This document shows, one piece after another, positions 10,961-20,958 of a stretch of DNA of 64,000 nucleotides. This DNA comes from an uncultured euryarchaeote (GTDB taxonomy: Archaea; Thermoplasmatota; Poseidoniia; Poseidoniales; Thalassarchaeaceae): the NCBI GenBank assembly GCA_937911265.1, contig CALDRG010000023.1, forward strand, positions 2,959 to 66,958. The letters run 5' to 3'. The notes beneath the pieces were generated by a model, which saw only the letters and a program-made list of their open reading frames with translations, had not been told where the DNA came from and searched no databases. Numbering within the stretch: position 1 is the stretch's first letter; every line of letters starts with the position of its first letter. The position numbers and the translations under genes were made by a program.

Positions 10961-12841
10961 ATGAGCGAACCAGTAATCGGAATTGACCTTGGAACAACTA
11001 ACAGCTGCGTTGCTACCCTTGAGGGCGGACAAGCGGTGGTGATTCCGAACTCGGAGGGCTCCCGCACCACTCCCAGCGTTGTGGCCTTCGCCAAGGATGG
11101 CGAGCGGCTGGTTGGCATCACCGCGAAGCGCCAAGCAGTTACCAACTCCGACAGGACCATACTCTCCGTCAAGAGAGAGATGGGGACTGATTGGAGCAAG
11201 AAAATCGATGATGACGAATACACACCTCAGGAGGTCTCCGCATTCGTGCTTCAGAAGTTGAAGTCCGATGCTGAGGAGTACCTAGGCAGGGAAGTGAAGC
11301 AGGCAGTTATCACCTGTCCGGCGTACTTCACTGACGCACAGAGGAAGGCCACTCAAGACGCTGGTAGAATCGCCGGTCTCGAGGTACTAAGAATCATCAA
11401 CGAGCCTACTGCGGCGGCACTCGCCTATGGCGTCGACAAGGAGGAGGACCAGACCATCCTTGTGTTTGACCTCGGAGGCGGTACCTTCGACGTATCCATC
11501 CTCGAGATCTACCAAGTCGATGGACAGCCCCAGATTGAGGTCAAGGCGACCAGCGGTGACAACAGACTGGGAGGGGACGACTTCGACGAAGTGGTGATAG
11601 ACTGGATCGTCTCAGAATACAAGAAGTCCTCAGGAATCGACCTCTCGAAGGATATGCAGGCAATGAGTCGGCTGCGAGAAGCGGCAGAGAAGGCCAAGAT
11701 AGAACTCTCAGGAACTAATTCGACGCAGGTCAACTTACCTTTCATCACCATGAGGGACGGTCAGCCGGAGCACCTGGATATGACCCTTTCACGGGCTAAG
11801 TTTGACGACCTCACCGCAGACCTGATCAAGATGACGATGAAGCCGACGCGCCGAGCCATGAAGGACGCCGGCGTCAAGGCCGGCGACATCGATAAAATCC
11901 TCCTAGTCGGTGGCTGTACTCGCATTCCTGCGGTGCAGGAAGCCATCGAGAAAGAGACTGGTAAACCTCCGTTCAAAGGCATCAATCCCGACGAGGCTGT
12001 CGCTGTGGGAGCCGCACTCCAAGCTGGCATCATAGTCGGCGACGAGGGAGTCACAGATGTCCTACTTCTGGATGTCACTCCATTGACTCTTGGAATCGAG
12101 ACACTTGGTGGTGTAATGACTACGATGATTGAGCGCAATACTACGATTCCGACACGTCGCTCAGAGACCTTCTCCACCGCTGCTGATAATCAGCCAGCAG
12201 TAGAGGTCCATGTGCTACAGGGTGAGCGCGAGTTCGCCAAGGACAACACTACTCTCGGGCGCTTCCATTTGATGGGCATCCCATCGGCACCACGTGGTAT
12301 CCCCCAGATCGAGGTTACCTTCGACATAGACGCCAATGGCATTGTCGATGTCTCCGCCAAAGACCTAGGAACGGGTACAGAGCAGTCAATAAAGATCGAG
12401 AGTCAGACCTCTTTGTCTGAAGACGATATCAAGCAGAAGGTCGCTGATGCGGAGAAGTTCGCCAAGCAGGATAAGCGGCGAAGGGTTGGCATTGAGCTCA
12501 TCAACTCGGCCGACAGTATTGCCTACCAGACCAAGCGGATGCTCGAGGACGCTGCTGAGAAAGTCAGCGATCTCGACGCCGAACCAGTCCACTCTAAGCT
12601 CGATGAATTGAGGGCGCTGATAACCAAGGAGGACGGTGAGACTGCCATAGATGTCGAGGATCTCGACGAGGCTGCTGTTCAAACCAAGATTAGTGAACTC
12701 GAGCAGGAGATGCATGGTATCTCAACCAAGCTGTACGAGGCCGCCGCCGCCGAGATGTCCGAACAGCAGGACGGGGAAAGCGACGAAGATATCGTTGAGG
12801 CCGACTTTGAGGTCGTTGATTCGGACGACGAAGACGAGTGA
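10961..12841 (+). CDS. dnaK: molecular chaperone DnaK (Hsp70)
   Basis: Start at [18 protein letters not shown], preceded by a GGAGG RBS. Hsp70 signatures ([20 protein letters not shown]) and an acidic C-terminal tail. Confidence 0.92.
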   Translation: MSEPVIGIDLGTTNSCVATLEGGQAVVIPNSEGSRTTPSVVAFAKDGERLVGITAKRQAVTNSDRTILSVKREMGTDWSKKIDDDEYTPQEVSAFVLQKLKSDAEEYLGREVKQAVITCPAYFTDAQRKATQDAGRIAGLEVLRIINEPTAAALAYGVDKEEDQTILVFDLGGGTFDVSILEIYQVDGQPQIEVKATSGDNRLGGDDFDEVVIDWIVSEYKKSSGIDLSKDMQAMSRLREAAEKAKIELSGTNSTQVNLPFITMRDGQPEHLDMTLSRAKFDDLTADLIKMTMKPTRRAMKDAGVKAGDIDKILLVGGCTRIPAVQEAIEKETGKPPFKGINPDEAVAVGAALQAGIIVGDEGVTDVLLLDVTPLTLGIETLGGVMTTMIERNTTIPTRRSETFSTAADNQPAVEVHVLQGEREFAKDNTTLGRFHLMGIPSAPRGIPQIEVTFDIDANGIVDVSAKDLGTGTEQSIKIESQTSLSEDDIKQKVADAEKFAKQDKRRRVGIELINSADSIAYQTKRMLEDAAEKVSDLDAEPVHSKLDELRALITKEDGETAIDVEDLDEAAVQTKISELEQEMHGISTKLYEAAAAEMSEQQDGESDEDIVEADFEVVDSDDEDE

Positions 12842-12842
12842 C

Positions 12843-14366
12843 TCAGTCATCTGTGATGAGCCGGTGCAGGGTCCTTACATGGACTCCTGAAACTCCGAAT
12901 TCGAATAGCGGATTTGCACCCTCGGAGCGAGCCTTAGAACCCGGGCCCCAAGCGGTCCCGGCGATGTCGAGGTGCACCCAAGGAATCTTATCTGCGTCCT
13001 CATCATAGTCACGGTGCGGCACGAAGTACTCGAGGAACGAGGCCGCGGTGTTCGCCGAGCCGGCGCTACCTCCAATCGAGCCGTTGCGTATATCGGCGAA
13101 CGCTGAGTCAGTCATGTATTTCCTAAACTGGGCATTCAGTGGCATTTTCCAGACTGACTCACCCGACCTATTGGCAGCCTTCCTGACACGCTTTCCGATG
13201 CCCTCGTCGTTTGCCCACATGCCTGTAATCTGGTTGCCCAGTGCGACTACGATAGCACCTGTCAGGGTCGCAAGGTCGACGATGTACTCTGGGTCGAATT
13301 CGCCAGCCTTCCATAGCCCATCAGCGAGTACGTTGCGCCCCTCGGCGTCAGTGCTGAACACCTCAATGGTCTTCCCTGAGTACGTCTTGAACACGTCACC
13401 GGGGCGGTATGCTCCCGACCCGGGCATGTTCTCAGCTAGGCAGGCCAGTCCGTTCACACGACGCTCGTAACCAGTCGCGTGCAAGGCCTCCATGAGGCCG
13501 AACACTGTGGCTGCCCCACACATGTCGTACTTCATGTCCCACATTCCGCTTGAGGGCTTGATTGAGATTCCACCAGTGTCGAAGGTGATTCCCTTTCCAA
13601 CTATGCAGGGTCTCTGGACATCATCGTCGGCATCAGGATTGAGTGTGAACAGCACCATGCAAGGCTTCCTGTCACTGCCCTTGCCTACGTTGATCAGGCC
13701 ACCCATACCGAGCTCACGTAACTTGTCCCAGTCGTAGACCTCGACTACGACGTTGTCTTTGTTCTCTGCCCACTCGACAGCCCTGCGGGCGTATTCCATC
13801 GGGTACAGCACGTTTGCTGGCTCGTTGCCGAGGTCGCGAGCGAGATGGACCCCGCCTACAACCGAGTGTATTCTGGAGAGTCCGTCTGCGAGCGCATCTT
13901 GGTGGCGTGCGCTGGCTTGAAAGTCAGTCGACCACGGCTCGGTGACATGCTCGTCATCGACCCCCTGGTGCTCGAGGAACTCGTAGTCGCGCAGCATCAT
14001 GCCCTCAGCGAAGTCGAGCATGCGCTCGCTTGACCAACCTGAGGTGAAGCGTACAGTCAGTGCTAGCCCATTCTTCTTAGAGAGAGCAGCCATAACGCGG
14101 GCACCGATGTTCCGGGCCCTCCTGTGCCCGAACTCAGTCTTCTTTCCCATGCCTGCCAGTAGCACCCTGCACCCGGGGGTCCAGACCGCCATTCGCTGAC
14201 CCTTCTTTCCTTTGAAGTCGTCAGAGGCTATCGCCTCCCTGACTAGGCTTCGCTGACTCCGACTCAGCCCCGAAAGGGCGTTGTTTGGAGCCTTACTGAC
14301 GCCCTCAAAGAGAGGTAGTAGCAGTTGTTTTCCGACTTCTTCGAATTCGCTGTCGTTCCATTCCAT
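12843..14366 (-). CDS. pepA: leucyl aminopeptidase (M17 family)
   Basis: M17 catalytic region NTDAEGRNVLAD, DTGGISIKPSSGMWDMKYDMCGAATV. Start set at MEWNDSEF (internal Met), directly downstream of a TATA-like box. Confidence 0.8.
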   Translation of the reverse strand: MEWNDSEFEEVGKQLLLPLFEGVSKAPNNALSGLSRSQRSLVREAIASDDFKGKKGQRMAVWTPGCRVLLAGMGKKTEFGHRRARNIGARVMAALSKKNGLALTVRFTSGWSSERMLDFAEGMMLRDYEFLEHQGVDDEHVTEPWSTDFQASARHQDALADGLSRIHSVVGGVHLARDLGNEPANVLYPMEYARRAVEWAENKDNVVVEVYDWDKLRELGMGGLINVGKGSDRKPCMVLFTLNPDADDDVQRPCIVGKGITFDTGGISIKPSSGMWDMKYDMCGAATVFGLMEALHATGYERRVNGLACLAENMPGSGAYRPGDVFKTYSGKTIEVFSTDAEGRNVLADGLWKAGEFDPEYIVDLATLTGAIVVALGNQITGMWANDEGIGKRVRKAANRSGESVWKMPLNAQFRKYMTDSAFADIRNGSIGGSAGSANTAASFLEYFVPHRDYDEDADKIPWVHLDIAGTAWGPGSKARSEGANPLFEFGVSGVHVRTLHRLITDD

Positions 14367-14379
14367 GAATATCGCCAAA

Positions 14380-14410
14380 GTCTCCGATTCGGTAGTGATA
14401 TACAAAGAAT
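14380..14410 (-). promoter_or_regulatory. archaeal TATA box/BRE-like promoter for leaderless pepA transcript
   Basis: On the coding strand, ctttgTATATcact lies ~30 nt upstream of the pepA ATG, within a locally AT-rich 95-bp gap. Confidence 0.35.
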
Positions 14411-14461
14411 TGCTTTTGAAAGATGAAGTTTCAAGACCATTTCTAAAAAGAAAATATGTAA

Positions 14462-15802
14462 TTATTGCTCGAACTTGCGATTTCGGCTGTTTATCGCTGC
14501 AAGTGCGATGGAGATGATTACTAGGAGTGTTGAGGGAGCAGGTAGCAGCCATCCTGAATCCTCCCCCTGTAGCTTCACCATGCTGTCGTTGATTGGCTCG
14601 TTGACCCATAGGGCAGCGTCAATCACACGCTTTTGGTAGTGTATCTCGAAGTAGCCTCCGTCCACCATGCTCAGCCCGCTCGCATCGAGATTAGCCTTGG
14701 TGTGGTTGCTAGCGTTGACGCTGAAGTTTCCTGAGTGCCACTGCACTTCGCCCGCCCCATCGATGTAGTGAAGGGTGGCATTTGCTGTACTAGCTCGTCC
14801 TAGATTGCTCACGCTCAGATCTACGAAATTGCCATCGAACTCCAGCGAATCGACACTGAGTCGAGCGCGCCAGTACCAGACATTTGAGATTAAGTAGCGC
14901 ATCACCTCGAGCTCAAGTGCTAACCGGTCGCTGACTTCCTGGAGGCTGCCGAGCAGGAACTGCTCGTCGTCAGTCTCGAAGGTGAAGCACGGATACCCCA
15001 TCACTCCGTAACCGTAGTCGCGGCTGGTGCCGTGAGTAGGATAGATGCCGGCGTTGGCGTTGCGGATTGGCAACTCTCCGTCGATATTCTCGTGGATGTC
15101 GTCGCGGATGAACTCAAAGAGTTCGTAGTCCGAGGGCATGTTGGGAGTGAAGCCCCACGGATAGGCGAGAATCCACGTCCCGGTATGCATGGTGACATAG
15201 AGGTCGGCCTCAGTAACCCACTCGTGCATGTAGGCAGCATTGTTACTGGTTTCGGGCTCGCTGAAAGGACCGTCACCACTTGCCGTCTCGTCGGTGGTCC
15301 AGTGATGGTCGTAGTTTCGATTCAGATCGACTTGGTTCATATTCCACCGCGAGTCGGCATCATTGCCATCCGCATTGAGTAGAATCATGATGTGTAACTC
15401 GGTGCTCTGCAGCACCTCGATGGCCTCAGGATCACTTTCACCCCAGCCTTCGATGTAGAACTTGGCGGTAAGGAAAGCGAGTTCTGTCCCGAGGTGCTCG
15501 TTACCGTGGTGGCCACCGTCGATGTACACTTTCTCCTTGGGCGAGCCGTCACTCTTGTTTTCGACGGACCAGTCGGAGATTTGCACAACCCACTGCTGCC
15601 TACCGTACAGGGTCGTGCCCGCACTGACCAGACGGACGACCTCAGGGTAGTCATCCTCCCAGGCCTGGACATCGATTGTGAGTGTCGCATAGGAGTGGTA
15701 CCAGTGCTCTTGGGTGAAGTCGGGTTGCTGGGCTGTTGCTACTGGAGCGGCTCCAGCAACGAGCAGAACGACGACAAGCGCCAGTGCAGACGTGCCCCTC
15801 AT
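14462..15802 (-). CDS. secreted/membrane-anchored zinc carboxypeptidase (M14 family)
   Basis: N-terminal signal peptide (MRGTSALALVVVLLVAGAAPVATAQQ), zinc-binding HGNEHLGTE (HxxE), and a C-terminal hydrophobic anchor LLVIISIALAAI. Confidence 0.7.
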   Translation of the reverse strand: MRGTSALALVVVLLVAGAAPVATAQQPDFTQEHWYHSYATLTIDVQAWEDDYPEVVRLVSAGTTLYGRQQWVVQISDWSVENKSDGSPKEKVYIDGGHHGNEHLGTELAFLTAKFYIEGWGESDPEAIEVLQSTELHIMILLNADGNDADSRWNMNQVDLNRNYDHHWTTDETASGDGPFSEPETSNNAAYMHEWVTEADLYVTMHTGTWILAYPWGFTPNMPSDYELFEFIRDDIHENIDGELPIRNANAGIYPTHGTSRDYGYGVMGYPCFTFETDDEQFLLGSLQEVSDRLALELEVMRYLISNVWYWRARLSVDSLEFDGNFVDLSVSNLGRASTANATLHYIDGAGEVQWHSGNFSVNASNHTKANLDASGLSMVDGGYFEIHYQKRVIDAALWVNEPINDSMVKLQGEDSGWLLPAPSTLLVIISIALAAINSRNRKFEQ

Positions 15803-15827
15803 GACAATCGGAGCGGGCGAAGCCCGT

Positions 15828-16763
15828 TCAATCCTTCTGATTCAGGCGTGTTGCAGTGTGGCTAGCTACTATCTTTGTAGCAATCAGGGCCGCGTTGAAC
15901 TGGGTGACCGAATCATTCTGACCTGGAACGATTTCGTTGACATCGGCTCCAATGACATTGGTTCCCGGTGCTAGGAACAGGCACTCGATGAGCTCGACTG
16001 CGGCCCAGTGGTACAACCCTCCTGGCACAGGCGTACCTGTTGATGGGACCTGCGAACTATCCAACCCGTCGACATCGAAGGTGAGCCATACTGGACCTTC
16101 AAGTTCACCGACTCTCTCAGTCAGCCTAGCCCATCCGGCCTGACCGTCGCAAACTCCCATGAAGTCGCGGGCGAACCAGGTCTCCACCCGCTCGTCGGCT
16201 TCGGCGAAGGCTGCCTCCTCGCGGGACAACGCCCGCGTGCCAATCTGTACTACTCTTCCAACACCCGCATCGAGAGCCCGGCGCACAGCGGTGCCGTGCG
16301 AGAAACGCTCTCCTCCTAACTCGTCTCTCAGGTCGGCGTGGGCATCGATCTGTACTAGTGTCAGACGACCTAGGTCGCCTTCTATCTCAGGATGCTCGGC
16401 GGCGGCTTGCATCAGTGGAGGCAGGATGCCGTGCTCACCTCCGAGGAAGACTGGGAACTGAGCTCCGTCGAGCCATTTTGCAGCGTAGTCGCGGATCGAA
16501 TCCAACTGCTCGAGCAGGGTGCCGGCTTCTGAGCCCCAGGCCACAGCGGTGTGGATATTGAGTCCGCACGGCAGGTCATAGGGAAGTATCGGATCGTAGA
16601 GCTCGACTTGGGAACTCGCTTTTATGCAAGCTTCGGGCCCCTTCTCGGTGCCCTCGCCCCAACTTGTCGTCATCTCGTACGGCACTGGCAGGACCACCAC
16701 GTCCCAAGGGCCTGAGTCGGACTCCTCTAACCCTAGAAATCTCGGTCTACTGGAGCCTTCCAT
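15828..16763 (-). CDS. speB: agmatinase/ureohydrolase family protein
   Basis: Arginase-fold Mn-binding motifs GGEHGI, DAHADL, TFDVDGLD. Confidence 0.65.
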   Translation of the reverse strand: MEGSSRPRFLGLEESDSGPWDVVVLPVPYEMTTSWGEGTEKGPEACIKASSQVELYDPILPYDLPCGLNIHTAVAWGSEAGTLLEQLDSIRDYAAKWLDGAQFPVFLGGEHGILPPLMQAAAEHPEIEGDLGRLTLVQIDAHADLRDELGGERFSHGTAVRRALDAGVGRVVQIGTRALSREEAAFAEADERVETWFARDFMGVCDGQAGWARLTERVGELEGPVWLTFDVDGLDSSQVPSTGTPVPGGLYHWAAVELIECLFLAPGTNVIGADVNEIVPGQNDSVTQFNAALIATKIVASHTATRLNQKD

Positions 16764-16885
16764 GACACTGCGAAAGTAGCGAGCAGATTAACCACTTCGG
16801 AGGGCAGAATGGCGAAAAACGAGGCTGCGCTAAGGACTGTTGAAATAGCGCGGCCTTCCATATTAGGCCACCGGAGGCGTATGCG

Positions 16886-17299
16886 ATGGGTCTAACGCTA
16901 GCACAACTCACACAGGCCATACGCCACAAGGTCGACATTGACATGGAGACCGTTGTGGCTGAGTCGATAGCAGAGCACGCGCTGGGGTTCTTCGGTTTCT
17001 CGAACCGCATCATTGACAATGCCCTAGAACCAACTGATCGTAACCTGTTCTACCAATTGCAGGACTACGACCTTCTGACCACTGAGTCAGAGGAGACAAC
17101 GCTGTGGGACGGCAGGGAGTGGAGAATCCACTACTGGAAGTTCAAGTCCAACGCTGAGGAACTGGCTCTCATGTGGGAGATGAACGATACCTCCACCGTG
17201 GAAGAGGACCCATATGCTGGAATCTACGAAGACGTCCCAGTGTCTCTGTGGCGCGAGCGTTCTGGAGAGGATGATGACTACGAAGAGCCTCTGTTCTGA
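16886..17299 (+). CDS. hypothetical acidic protein
   Basis: 137-aa ORF with coding-like composition and no recognisable domain. Confidence 0.35.
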   Translation: MGLTLAQLTQAIRHKVDIDMETVVAESIAEHALGFFGFSNRIIDNALEPTDRNLFYQLQDYDLLTTESEETTLWDGREWRIHYWKFKSNAEELALMWEMNDTSTVEEDPYAGIYEDVPVSLWRERSGEDDDYEEPLF

Positions 17300-17314
17300 G
17301 TAACAACACCCCCA

Positions 17315-20300
17315 TTGGTTCATATCTTGAAGGTCGAGGCACGTTCCGTGCCCCGCGTGAGAACGGCCCTTGCAGTGCTAACCGTCCTCTTGCTTAGCAT
17401 CCCTGCTGCGATGGTAGTTGGAGAGGGAGACGAGCCGACGACCTGCACAGTACTGGTCGACTGGGACGTCGAGGGCCACTGGGACGGTGGATGGAACATG
17501 ACCTACGACGTTCTGCATCGCTACCTCGTAGTCTTCGACCCACCGTTCATCAACGGCAGTTCGCCGAGCGTCCCCAGCGTCGAGGTTCAGCATCACAGGG
17601 AAGGTGAGCAGATAGCTGACACCTCCAACACCACGGTGCTGAGTGCAGGAGGAGAGGTCGACATCACTCTCTCTACCGAGCCCGAGTTCGGCGACTCGAT
17701 TTCAATCTCTGTCGTTACTGACGAGGCGTCCTGTTCTAGGGTCCTCGCCATCACTAACTGGAATCAACCCATGGCCGATCACGAGATAACCCGCGAAACG
17801 ACTTGGTCAATGGAGGGTGCTGAGCAAGGCAATGAAATCGACTTCAGAGGTCGAGGCTGGCAGAAGAGGACTGGCAGCATTCTTGAGTCTAACGAACTGG
17901 GTAACGGTACTCTGACTATGGATTCGATGAACGGCACCGAGGGCCTAGTCCTTGAGCTCAATCTCAATCGAATCTGGATGAACGAGACCTACGATGGTGT
18001 CGAGTTGCTCCGTCAAGACTTCGAGATGAGCGGCAATGGTTCGCTCTTCATTAACACCACCGAGGAGGGCGAGGATGGTGAGAGCAGTGGTTTCTCAGTC
18101 GATGTCCAGGTCAACGACGTTTACGTCCTACGCTCATGGGACGAAGGTAAACTCACCGAACGCTTCCTCATTGATGGCACAGGATGGCTCTCCTTCGGCG
18201 GTGGCGATAACAACAGCAGCAGCGGAGGTTTCGGTCAGTTGTCATCGTTCTACTACGAGACTTGGGATGAGGACGACCGCAGACGGCTACAGCACCTGCA
18301 GTTAGAGGCCAACGCCACCCTGCGTCTGAATGACGGAGGGCGCGACTCGTTCTCATTCGATCTCAACGAGTTCAGGTTACTGGAGCGCTGGGAGGACGGT
18401 ACGAGGGAACAGCAGCACTTCCTGATACTTGGAGAGGGTGAATTTGGCTTCGTTATCGAGGACGAGTTCTTTGAGGTTGAGGTCAATGGCACCATCCCGA
18501 TCATCCACATCGAAACTCAGGGCGGTGAGAACGTGGCGGAGACCATACGGATTGACGGCACCTATGACGGCGACGCTGAGGGCAGTTTCGGCTTCATCAG
18601 GAGAATAGTCGATTCAGGCTCGCAAGAGAACGCGACCGGGGCGATGTTCGAGGTCGATAAGATCGAGAACGAGTTCTGGCTCAACGTCTCTGCTACACCG
18701 ATTGGACCAATCACTGAGGAATGGGAGGCCGAGCACAACCTGACTTACGAGTTCATTGTCCCGCAGACCGATTGGGAAAACCGCACCATCCGCTATCAGT
18801 ACATCGAGGACAACGGCACGGTCACCAACGAGTATCCGGAGGTCTCGCCGATTATCGTGCAGGCCGATGCCCCAGAGCCCGAGGTCGTGTTCGAGAACCA
18901 CATCTCCAGAGAGACCGGCGCTGCTCCCGAGATCGTCGTCGCTGGCGACCGCTTCTCACTGGTCGGTAACGACGCGATGATACTGAGCATTGAGGTGACG
19001 GCCATTGTCGAGGGAGAGATGGACGGCCACCTAGTTGAAGTCGCCGAGTGGCTCGGTGACTATGGCGAGAACAGTTACGCCTCAGGTGGCATCGTCAATG
19101 AGGGACCCCTCGCAGGTCTGCTCAATGAGGTTCATCGGTGGGTGGAGATCGAAATTGGCCAGAATGACTCGGGCGAGAGCGTTGTCTTCGTCGAGCACCA
19201 ATTCATTGACAGGGTACTGTCACCCTCAGTAGTTTCCGAGGAAGAGAACACTCCTCCCTCTCTGGTCTCGGTAGGCTTCCGTGAGGGCAGGCTGCTGACC
19301 GAGGGTGACTCAGCCCACTTAGAGGTCCTAGTCTATGACTTCGATACAGATGTCACAGTTGTCACCATCGACTTGTCGGAGTTAGGACTTGGCACGGTCG
19401 AACTTTCTGACTCCGGTCTACAGGGCGACCGCACCATCCACGATGACATCTGGACTGCATTGATTACCTACGATGGCCTCAACCACGGAATGATGGACGC
19501 ATCAGTAGTCATTGAGGACTTCTGGGTCTCAGTCGAGGAGCAGACATCCATCGAGATCATCAATGCCGCGCCGAGGATGATTTCACTAGACTTCATGCCC
19601 GATACCGTCAGGCGCGGCGAGACAGTTGATGTCAGTGTCACCGCGCTGGACGGGCATGGCATCGACTCAGTCGGCATCGATTTGCTGAGTGCAGGCGGCA
19701 CGCTCAGCGCGCTCTCGGAGTCCGACGGAGTATGGAGTGGAAATTTCGTGGTACCAGATGGGATTTCTCCCGGTGAACGTTCCATCCCAGTCAGAATCAC
19801 GGACGGCGACGGCGAGACCGTGATGGCCATTCATACCCACTTCGGCGGCTTCCCAGTGGATGCACCGATGCTGACCATCGAGAACGAGGCACCATCGGTC
19901 ACCTCAATCAGCTTGCTCAGATCCGGAGAGACGACTGAGAAGATTTACGTCCCCTACAGTGGCGACCCCATCCCTCATTCTCTTGAGGCAAGTATCGATG
20001 ACCCGGACGGAATCTCGTCAGTGCAGGCTAAGATAGGCAGGCTGGCTCCGATTGGTAGCTCCGAAGTCTGGCTGTTGATGGTCGACGACGGCACTGGTGG
20101 AGACCGAGTACCGGGCGACGGAGTCTACACTTTGCAGTTCGATGCCAGGGCGAGCCTGCCCGAGGGTAACATCACCATCCAGATACGAGCTACAGACACC
20201 TACCTGTCCACTACGCCGACCATCGAACAGCCTCACATCCTCGAACTTGAGAAGCTGGGCGTAGGAGGGGGAGGTAACTGGTTCAGCGACAACTCGACGA

Positions 20301-20389
20301 CCCTCGTGTTTGTGGCCGTGGGCCTCTTGCTGATTGTCGGCATCATAGTCTTCGCGATTTCCTTGCGGAAATCAGATACCGAGTGGTGA
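17315..20389 (+). CDS. large cell-surface (glyco)protein with N-terminal signal/TM and C-terminal transmembrane anchor
   Basis: 1024 aa, very acidic, ~20 N-x-S/T sequons, N-terminal hydrophobic segment ALAVLTVLLLSIPAAMVV. C-terminal TM VFVAVGLLLIVGIIVFAI is followed by a basic tail. Confidence 0.6.
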   Translation: MVHILKVEARSVPRVRTALAVLTVLLLSIPAAMVVGEGDEPTTCTVLVDWDVEGHWDGGWNMTYDVLHRYLVVFDPPFINGSSPSVPSVEVQHHREGEQIADTSNTTVLSAGGEVDITLSTEPEFGDSISISVVTDEASCSRVLAITNWNQPMADHEITRETTWSMEGAEQGNEIDFRGRGWQKRTGSILESNELGNGTLTMDSMNGTEGLVLELNLNRIWMNETYDGVELLRQDFEMSGNGSLFINTTEEGEDGESSGFSVDVQVNDVYVLRSWDEGKLTERFLIDGTGWLSFGGGDNNSSSGGFGQLSSFYYETWDEDDRRRLQHLQLEANATLRLNDGGRDSFSFDLNEFRLLERWEDGTREQQHFLILGEGEFGFVIEDEFFEVEVNGTIPIIHIETQGGENVAETIRIDGTYDGDAEGSFGFIRRIVDSGSQENATGAMFEVDKIENEFWLNVSATPIGPITEEWEAEHNLTYEFIVPQTDWENRTIRYQYIEDNGTVTNEYPEVSPIIVQADAPEPEVVFENHISRETGAAPEIVVAGDRFSLVGNDAMILSIEVTAIVEGEMDGHLVEVAEWLGDYGENSYASGGIVNEGPLAGLLNEVHRWVEIEIGQNDSGESVVFVEHQFIDRVLSPSVVSEEENTPPSLVSVGFREGRLLTEGDSAHLEVLVYDFDTDVTVVTIDLSELGLGTVELSDSGLQGDRTIHDDIWTALITYDGLNHGMMDASVVIEDFWVSVEEQTSIEIINAAPRMISLDFMPDTVRRGETVDVSVTALDGHGIDSVGIDLLSAGGTLSALSESDGVWSGNFVVPDGISPGERSIPVRITDGDGETVMAIHTHFGGFPVDAPMLTIENEAPSVTSISLLRSGETTEKIYVPYSGDPIPHSLEASIDDPDGISSVQAKIGRLAPIGSSEVWLLMVDDGTGGDRVPGDGVYTLQFDARASLPEGNITIQIRATDTYLSTTPTIEQPHILELEKLGVGGGGNWFSDNSTTLVFVAVGLLLIVGIIVFAISLRKSDTEW

Positions 20390-20428
20390 AGGGATGGAAG
20401 TCGTCAGCATCCTGCTGGTTGAGTGCCT

Positions 20429-20890
20429 CTAGTCTAGTTCCCTAGGGCGTATTATGTCCTCAATCAACCAGTCTTCCCCTGACTTGACTAGTAACGCAGC
20501 CGTCGCCGGAGGCATCGTGTGCCACTCTCCAGTAAGGTGGTTAATCAGCACCTCCGAACCGGGATTGTGCCCGAGAATCATCGTTGTGCCTTCGCCCAGC
20601 ATTTCTTCTAACTGGGTCAGCAGTGTGCTTATTCCAGCATGGTAGATTTCAGGCCTTATCTCTGTCTTCACACCTTCCATATGATGAGCCATTCCCTCCA
20701 GAGTCTCCAAAGTGCGTGTGGAACTACTCACCAGCACCAGCTGCGGCAGCCACCCACGTCCGGCCAGAGCATCACCTACGAGACAAGCATCTCTCTGACC
20801 TTGAGCGTTCAGAGGCCTGTCGTGATCGGGGAGGCCGTAGTAGTCACTACTGCTCTTGGCGTGACGCATCACGATGAGTCGTCCAGTCAT
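20429..20890 (-). CDS. sixA: histidine phosphatase family protein (SixA-like phosphohistidine phosphatase)
   Basis: LIVMRHAKS...RPL...G (RHG-type catalytic motif) and ILGHNPG. Confidence 0.6.
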   Translation of the reverse strand: MTGRLIVMRHAKSSSDYYGLPDHDRPLNAQGQRDACLVGDALAGRGWLPQLVLVSSSTRTLETLEGMAHHMEGVKTEIRPEIYHAGISTLLTQLEEMLGEGTTMILGHNPGSEVLINHLTGEWHTMPPATAALLVKSGEDWLIEDIIRPRELD

Positions 20891-20958
20891 ATATTCCTGA
20901 GGCCATCTCAGTTATTGAATTACATGAATCTCATAAGACGCCACGCAGTCGAACGGGC

